Below are positions 58,781-64,000 of a stretch of DNA of 64,000 nt, one piece after another. The position numbers and the translations under genes are program-made. Numbering within the stretch: position 1 is the first letter of the stretch; every line of letters starts with the position of its first letter. Source of the stretch: Candidatus Binatia bacterium (GTDB lineage Bacteria > Desulfobacterota > Binatia > Bin18); the NCBI GenBank assembly GCA_963664395.2, contig OY761159.2:3008001-3072000 (forward strand), given 5' to 3'. The notes under the pieces are model-generated. The model made no database searches, had not been told where the DNA came from, and saw nothing but the letters and a program-made list of their open reading frames with translations.

Positions 58781-60688
58781 ATGCCACACATTATTGGAAC
58801 TGCCGGACATATTGACCACGGCAAGACGTCATTACTCAAGGCGTTGACCGGGCAGGACACGGACCGGCTTAAAGAGGAAAAGGAACGGGGCATCTCCATT
58901 GATCTCGGTTTTGCCTATTTGGATTTGCCCAACGGCGAGCGGGCCGGGATTGTTGATGTGCCTGGGCACGAGCGTTTTATCCGGAATATGCTGGCGGGTG
59001 CCCAAGGGATAGACTTGGTGTTGTTTACCGTTGCCGCGGACGATGGTGTGATGCCCCAAACCGAGGAGCATTTTGACTTTCTCCACCTCCTTGGCGTGCA
59101 GAAGGGTCTCTTCGCCATTACGAAAGTCGATATGGTAGACCCCGAGCGGATTGAAGCGGTGCGGGAAGAAATCGAGATTCTGACGATTGACACGGTCTTT
59201 GAAGGCGCGCCCATCCTGCCGGTCTCCTCTGTGACCGGTCAGGGCTTAGACGGACTCCAACGCGCAATTGCTCAGCAGCTTGAAACCTATACACGGCCAT
59301 CCCGGCCAGGGTACTTTCGGTTGCCGGTTGACCGGGTCTTCACGCTCAAAGGTCATGGTGTTGTTGTGACGGGTACCGCGCTTGCCGGGACCGTCCGTGA
59401 AGGCGAGACCGTACGTGTACTGCCGTCGCAGAGGGAAGCCCGTGTGCGGTCGCTCCAAGTTCATGGCGAGTCAGTGTCCGAAGCGCACTGGGGGCAGCGG
59501 GTTGCGCTGAATTTGGTAGGACTGGATAAGGAGAATATTGCTCGGGGCCATGTGGTGTGTCATCCCAAAGTCTCGATGACGACAACACGTTTTGATGCCA
59601 GTGTTGAAATTCGGCCAGGGGCGGGGCGCGAGATCGTCAACCACGAGCGGGTGCGCATTCATCTGGGGACAGCAGAAGTCATTGGGAAAATGATCTTCCT
59701 CGGTGGACTCGAGGTTCTGTCGCCGAAATCGACGGCCCTGTGTCAAATTGTGACACAGGAGCCGCTGGTTGCCCTGCGAGGGGACCACTTCGTGCTGCGC
59801 AATCAAACCGCGCAAGGGACGTTGGGTGGTGGAGTGGTGCTGAATCCTTTTGCCCAACGCCACCGCAAAGCGGAAACCCTGGTCACGGAACGCTTGCAGG
59901 CCCTGCAAACAACAGACCTCCGTCAGGCCTGCCACGCCTATCTGGAAGTCTGCCCGCAGTTTGCCGTCCGGCTGGACGAAATTTACCATGGGGTGAACGC
60001 ACAAGAAGAGGAAATTATTTCACTTCTTGCGAACGATGAAGCCGTTTTGCCTTTTCCTGATACACACCATCCTGAAGCGTATTCCGTTGTAACAAAGTGG
60101 CAGCGGCTGGTCGCCGCAGTCGAAAAGATGCTCGCCGCCTTCCACGCACGGACCCCGCTGGCTCAGGGGATGGAAATGGAGTCGGTTCGAAGCCAATTGC
60201 CGTTTAGCTTGACACTCAAGATTTTTCGGATTGTGGCTGAGCGGCTTATTGAGGAAGGGGTTATCGCTCGCCACGAGAGCCTGCTGCGTCTGCCGTCTCA
60301 CTCCGTGTCGCTGAGTCAGGAAGAGCAGGCAATCGCCGCTCGACTCGAACGTATCGTGCAAGACGGAAAATTCACCCCGCCGGACACGAAGGGATTGGAG
60401 GAAGCACTACAACTTCCTCGCAAGCGGCTGAACGATTTCTTAGCGGTGCTCGAGTCGCGGGGAGCGATTGTCAAAATTACACCGGATTTCTACATCAGCG
60501 AAAAAGTGTTGGGGCAGGCGCAGGCGACATTGACTGGCTACGTGGCGGCTCACGGAGAAATTACCGCGGCCATATTCCGCGATCTGCTCGGTATTAGTCG
60601 AAAAACCGCCATTCCCCTGTTGGAATACTTCGACCGCAGTGGCCTCACTGTCCGGGTGGGTGATGTGCGTCGGCTACGGAAAACCTAG
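58781..60688 (+). CDS. selB: Selenocysteine-specific elongation factor
   Basis: [19 protein letters not shown] and the C-terminal winged helix [20 protein letters not shown]. Confidence 0.97.
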   Translation: MPHIIGTAGHIDHGKTSLLKALTGQDTDRLKEEKERGISIDLGFAYLDLPNGERAGIVDVPGHERFIRNMLAGAQGIDLVLFTVAADDGVMPQTEEHFDFLHLLGVQKGLFAITKVDMVDPERIEAVREEIEILTIDTVFEGAPILPVSSVTGQGLDGLQRAIAQQLETYTRPSRPGYFRLPVDRVFTLKGHGVVVTGTALAGTVREGETVRVLPSQREARVRSLQVHGESVSEAHWGQRVALNLVGLDKENIARGHVVCHPKVSMTTTRFDASVEIRPGAGREIVNHERVRIHLGTAEVIGKMIFLGGLEVLSPKSTALCQIVTQEPLVALRGDHFVLRNQTAQGTLGGGVVLNPFAQRHRKAETLVTERLQALQTTDLRQACHAYLEVCPQFAVRLDEIYHGVNAQEEEIISLLANDEAVLPFPDTHHPEAYSVVTKWQRLVAAVEKMLAAFHARTPLAQGMEMESVRSQLPFSLTLKIFRIVAERLIEEGVIARHESLLRLPSHSVSLSQEEQAIAARLERIVQDGKFTPPDTKGLEEALQLPRKRLNDFLAVLESRGAIVKITPDFYISEKVLGQAQATLTGYVAAHGEITAAIFRDLLGISRKTAIPLLEYFDRSGLTVRVGDVRRLRKT

Positions 60689-60843
60689 GGGGGAGATGAT
60701 CTTTGTCCTATGGAGCGGAGATGTGCTCGAAGAAGAATGCAAAGGGTGGGAGGGGGAATGCCATGACCGCAAATTCCTTTACCGTCATGGCATTCCAGTA
60801 AGCAAGAAGGCTCACTCAAGAGCCCGTGCCCCAATCGGGGCCT

Positions 60844-60888
60844 ATCCACAACCACATCCACAACCACATCCACATCCACAACCACCAC
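60844..60888. repeat. Hexamer microsatellite (ATCCAC/AACCAC)n
   Basis: Read directly; intergenic. Confidence 0.85.
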
Positions 60889-60918
60889 GTTTCTCAGAGT
60901 AAACGAATTGGATTCATA

Positions 60919-60972
60919 TTTCAAGCTCTGGATGAACTTTTTATTTTTCAAGCTCTGGATGAACTTTTTATT
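60919..60972. repeat. 27-bp perfect tandem duplication
   Basis: TTTCAAGCTCTGGATGAACTTTTTATT x2. Confidence 0.9.
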
Positions 60973-61084
60973 CTAACCAGCTGCCAAACAAGAAAAATGG
61001 CTATCTCATAATGAGACCTGGCTGAGTTGACTCACTCCACTATGTCGGTTAAGACCTGATCTGTTCACTCTAATCCGGTAATTT

Positions 61085-62350
61085 GTGCGATACGAACTTT
61101 TCCTGAGTCTGCGTTATCTGCGAGCCAGACGGCGTGAAGTATTTATCTCGTTAATCACGATGATCTCCATGGTTGGGGTCATGATTGGCGTGATGACGCT
61201 GAACATCGTCTTGGCGGTTATGACTGGATTTGAAGAGGATCTGCGTGACCGCATTCTTGGCTTTAACCCGCACATCGTGATTTCCAGTTTACAGGGCTTT
61301 GTTGACGGATATGCGGATGTGGTTGATGAAGTGAGACAAGTGCCAGATGTGGTTGCAGTGGCGCCATTTGTCTACGGTCAGGTGATGGTCAGTGCGGGAC
61401 AGAGTGTGTCTGGCTCGCTGGTGCGGGGCGTAGACCCCTCGTTGGCCAGTGCAGTGGTGGATATCGGTGCCCATCTGTCTTTTGGCGAGCTCGGTCAACT
61501 CGGCCAAAAACAGGAGCTGACGTTTCAGACTGAGGAAACAGTCCAGACGGTTCAGCTCTCCGGTGTGCTCGTGGGGCACGAACTCGCTCGTCAACTGGGC
61601 GTCTTTGTCGGTGACCCGATCAATATTATTTCTCCGCTGAGCACCACCCCTGGCCCCCTTGGCGTTATTCCCAGGGTCAAGCGCTTTATGGTTGTCGGGG
61701 TGTTTGACTCGGGCATGTTTGAATACGATAGCGCCCTGATTTATATGTCGCTCGCCGACGCGCAGCAGTTTTTTACCCTGGGCGAACAGGTGACCGGCGT
61801 TGAGGTGAAGATTCACGATGTCTATCAAGCGCAGACCGTGGCCCGCGAGCTGGAAAGCGTGTTGGGATTCCCGTATACGGCCCGCGACTGGACTGAGGTG
61901 AATAGCAATATCTTTGCAGCGCTGAAACTTGAAAAGGTCGTGTACTTCATCGTGCTCTTGCTCATTGTTCTGGTTGCCGCGTTTAATATTATTGCGACGC
62001 TGATTATGGTGGTGATGGAAAAACGCAAAGATATTGCTGTGCTGAAATCCATGGGGGCAACGGGCAACGCCATGAGTCGCGTCTTTATTTATAAAGGACT
62101 CATGATCGGCGTTGCGGGAACGCTTATGGGAACCCTGCTGGGTTGGATCGGCTGTTGGCTGTTGGACCGCTATGAGTTCATCGAACTCCCGAAAGACGTC
62201 TTCTATGTTTCTACCCTTCCAGTGAAAATATATGCGGAGAATTTTTTCATTGTTGGGGTCGCGTCTGTGCTCATCTGCTTGCTCGCCACAATCTACCCCG
62301 CGCGGCAGGCAGCGCGCTTGTCGCCAGTCGAAGTCATTCGCTACGAGTAA
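61085..62350 (+). CDS. Lipoprotein-releasing ABC transporter permease LolC/E
   Basis: IVLAVMTGF and VAAFNIIATLIMVVMEKRKDIAVLKSMG; adjacent to lolD. Confidence 0.93.
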   Translation: MRYELFLSLRYLRARRREVFISLITMISMVGVMIGVMTLNIVLAVMTGFEEDLRDRILGFNPHIVISSLQGFVDGYADVVDEVRQVPDVVAVAPFVYGQVMVSAGQSVSGSLVRGVDPSLASAVVDIGAHLSFGELGQLGQKQELTFQTEETVQTVQLSGVLVGHELARQLGVFVGDPINIISPLSTTPGPLGVIPRVKRFMVVGVFDSGMFEYDSALIYMSLADAQQFFTLGEQVTGVEVKIHDVYQAQTVARELESVLGFPYTARDWTEVNSNIFAALKLEKVVYFIVLLLIVLVAAFNIIATLIMVVMEKRKDIAVLKSMGATGNAMSRVFIYKGLMIGVAGTLMGTLLGWIGCWLLDRYEFIELPKDVFYVSTLPVKIYAENFFIVGVASVLICLLATIYPARQAARLSPVEVIRYE

Positions 62351-62391
62351 GTACCGGACCCACCAACCCCTAAGTTGACATGTAAATTGAC

Positions 62392-63105
62392 ATGGCAGAT
62401 ATTCTCCTCCGAGCCACGCAACTCAGCAAACAGTATGGAGAGGGCGAACACGCGGTTCGCGTGCTTGAAAACCTGGATCTCGCTCTTCGGCCGGCTGAAC
62501 GTACGGCTATCATTGGTGAGTCCGGGGTGGGGAAGAGTACGCTGCTGCATATTCTGGGTACGCTGGACCGTCCAACCTCGGGACACGTCGTGCTCAACGG
62601 CCAGGACCTGTTTGGCCTGCCTGAATTAGAACTGGCAGCCTTACGCAACAGGGAGATTGGCTTCGTCTTTCAACTGCATCATCTCCTGCCGGATTTTAGT
62701 GCACTCGAGAATGTGATGATGCCAGGGCTTATCGCCGGACTCAGCCAGGAGGAAGCCCGTACCCAGGCCGCTGAGATATTGGAGTGGGTTGGCATGTCTG
62801 CCCGTCTGAGCCACCGGCCGGGAGAATTGTCCGGGGGGGAACAGCAACGGGTAGCGGTCGCGCGTGCCTTGGTCCTTGGTCCCCGGCTGGTACTGGCGGA
62901 TGAGCCGACCGGCAATCTTGACCCCGAGACGGGCGAGGGTGTGCTGCGTTTGCTGCTCGCCCTGAATCAGGCCAGGGGCGCGGCCATGGTTGTTGTCACG
63001 CATAGCGAAAAACTTGCTGCGGCGATGGACCGGACCCTGCGACTCAAAAATGGTATGCTCACTGAGGTAGGACGCGGGGACGGGACATCCTTACCCGAAC
63101 TATAG
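62392..63105 (+). CDS. lolD: Lipoprotein-releasing ABC transporter ATPase
   Basis: Motifs GESGVGKST, LSGGEQQRVAVARAL and ADEPTGNLD. Confidence 0.92.
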   Translation: MADILLRATQLSKQYGEGEHAVRVLENLDLALRPAERTAIIGESGVGKSTLLHILGTLDRPTSGHVVLNGQDLFGLPELELAALRNREIGFVFQLHHLLPDFSALENVMMPGLIAGLSQEEARTQAAEILEWVGMSARLSHRPGELSGGEQQRVAVARALVLGPRLVLADEPTGNLDPETGEGVLRLLLALNQARGAAMVVVTHSEKLAAAMDRTLRLKNGMLTEVGRGDGTSLPEL

Positions 63106-63286
63106 GCCATATTCGTAAAGGTGTAGAGGGCCAGGGCTTCGGTTCAGGCGCTTGCTATGCGGAAACTATAGTATTTGCCATTCCCTCTGCCTGTTTCAGG
63201 GAGGGCCCGACGGGTATTGCTGCCTTTACAATTTTGGGTGATTTTGGTAGGGGGGGAGAGCGGCTTCAAAGGGAAACAGGACACGC

Positions 63287-64000
63287 ATGGTTCGCACATT
63301 TCTAGTACTCAGTAGCATATGTTTGTTCACCCTTTGCCATGGGGCTCCAGCCGCTGCCCAGGCTGACGACGCAGAACTCTCGGAAGAGAATATTCCCGCC
63401 GCTCTTCCCGACGACGTCTTTGAAGTGAATGACCCTGAAACCGAGGCCTCCGACGAAGCGTTTCTTGAAGAGGAGGAAATCGAAGACAGAGTCGGAGATC
63501 TTGATATGGATGCGGACGGGTCTCCCCTGACTGACGAATCTGAGCCGGAAGACGCCGGACTCGAATCAGCTCAGTTTGACAATCAATCTGAAAATGCCGA
63601 CAGTGCCGACGTTGTTGATGAGATTGTGATTGGCGGCAACGACCGCGTTGAGGAGGAGGCGATTCGTATTCGGACCTCTGCTCTGCCTGGTACGGGGTTG
63701 AATCGGGATACGGTCGATGCCGATATTCGGTCTATTTATGACATGGGATTCTTCCATAATGTAGAAGCCCGTTTTGAGCAAGAGAATGGCCGTCACGTCT
63801 TGACCTATTGGGTCAGTGAACGTCCGCTCATCCGTGAAGTACGATTCGAGGGGAATAAGAAGATCGACAAAGAAGCGCTGGAGGTGGCGCTCAAAATTCA
63901 TCCTCGTACCATCCTCAACCCTGTCCGCATCAGGCGAGGGATAGAGGACGCCAAAAAAGCCTATGAAGAAAAAGGGTATTTAGACGCCGATATCTCATAT
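63287..64000 (+). CDS. bamA: Outer membrane protein assembly factor BamA (5' part only)
   Basis: Not in the ORF track. My translation shows a signal peptide, an acidic stretch and then POTRA motifs IVIGGNDRVEEEAI, IYDMGFF, VSERPLIREVRFEGNKKI and YEEKGY; synteny with lolD. Confidence 0.9.
   Translation, partial: MVRTFLVLSSICLFTLCHGAPAAAQADDAELSEENIPAALPDDVFEVNDPETEASDEAFLEEEEIEDRVGDLDMDADGSPLTDESEPEDAGLESAQFDNQSENADSADVVDEIVIGGNDRVEEEAIRIRTSALPGTGLNRDTVDADIRSIYDMGFFHNVEARFEQENGRHVLTYWVSERPLIREVRFEGNKKIDKEALEVALKIHPRTILNPVRIRRGIEDAKKAYEEKGYLDADISY

Noticed and set aside
60919-60972. CRISPR array
   Set aside because: Only two directly abutting copies, with no spacers and no cas genes.
58528-61084. 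tRNA-Sec (selC) or selA next to selB
   Set aside because: No cloverleaf, TCA anticodon arm or selA-like ORF was recognisable in the flanks.

Overview
This is a GC-rich chromosomal segment from a diderm bacterium (lolC/E-lolD-bamA are present). It mixes housekeeping genes (pdxJ, argE, upp, infA, eno, ftsB, pyrF, proS, selB) with many catabolic and redox enzymes. These include six luciferase-like (LLM, several F420-type) oxidoreductases, a PPOX-type F420 enzyme, a hydantoinase/oxoprolinase A-B'-B operon with amidase, VOC and amidohydrolase genes, an acyl-CoA dehydrogenase pair, a TPP enzyme and two amino-acid dehydrogenases. The gene mix resembles Binatia/Tectomicrobia-like deltaproteobacteria, but this is inference only. 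No rRNA, tRNA, CRISPR array or transposase was found. The main observations are five. (1) Two F420-family enzymes carry export signals, one Tat and one Sec, suggesting periplasmic F420 chemistry. (2) A 24-bp micro-element is inserted in frame twice, with flanking duplications, in an isoaspartyl peptidase gene, and its core recurs inside an intergenic palindromic repeat. (3) A toxin-antitoxin/REPIN cassette is bracketed by two coding-diverged copies of the same LLM gene 3' end. (4) The hydantoinase operon has an extra truncated, probably catalytically dead B subunit. (5) Plant-type ArgE and animal-like GDH proteins, an extended IF-1 with a terminator-like leader, and many 6-10 bp tandem repeats at gene borders are also present. 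All functional calls come from motif recognition by eye; no database searches were run.
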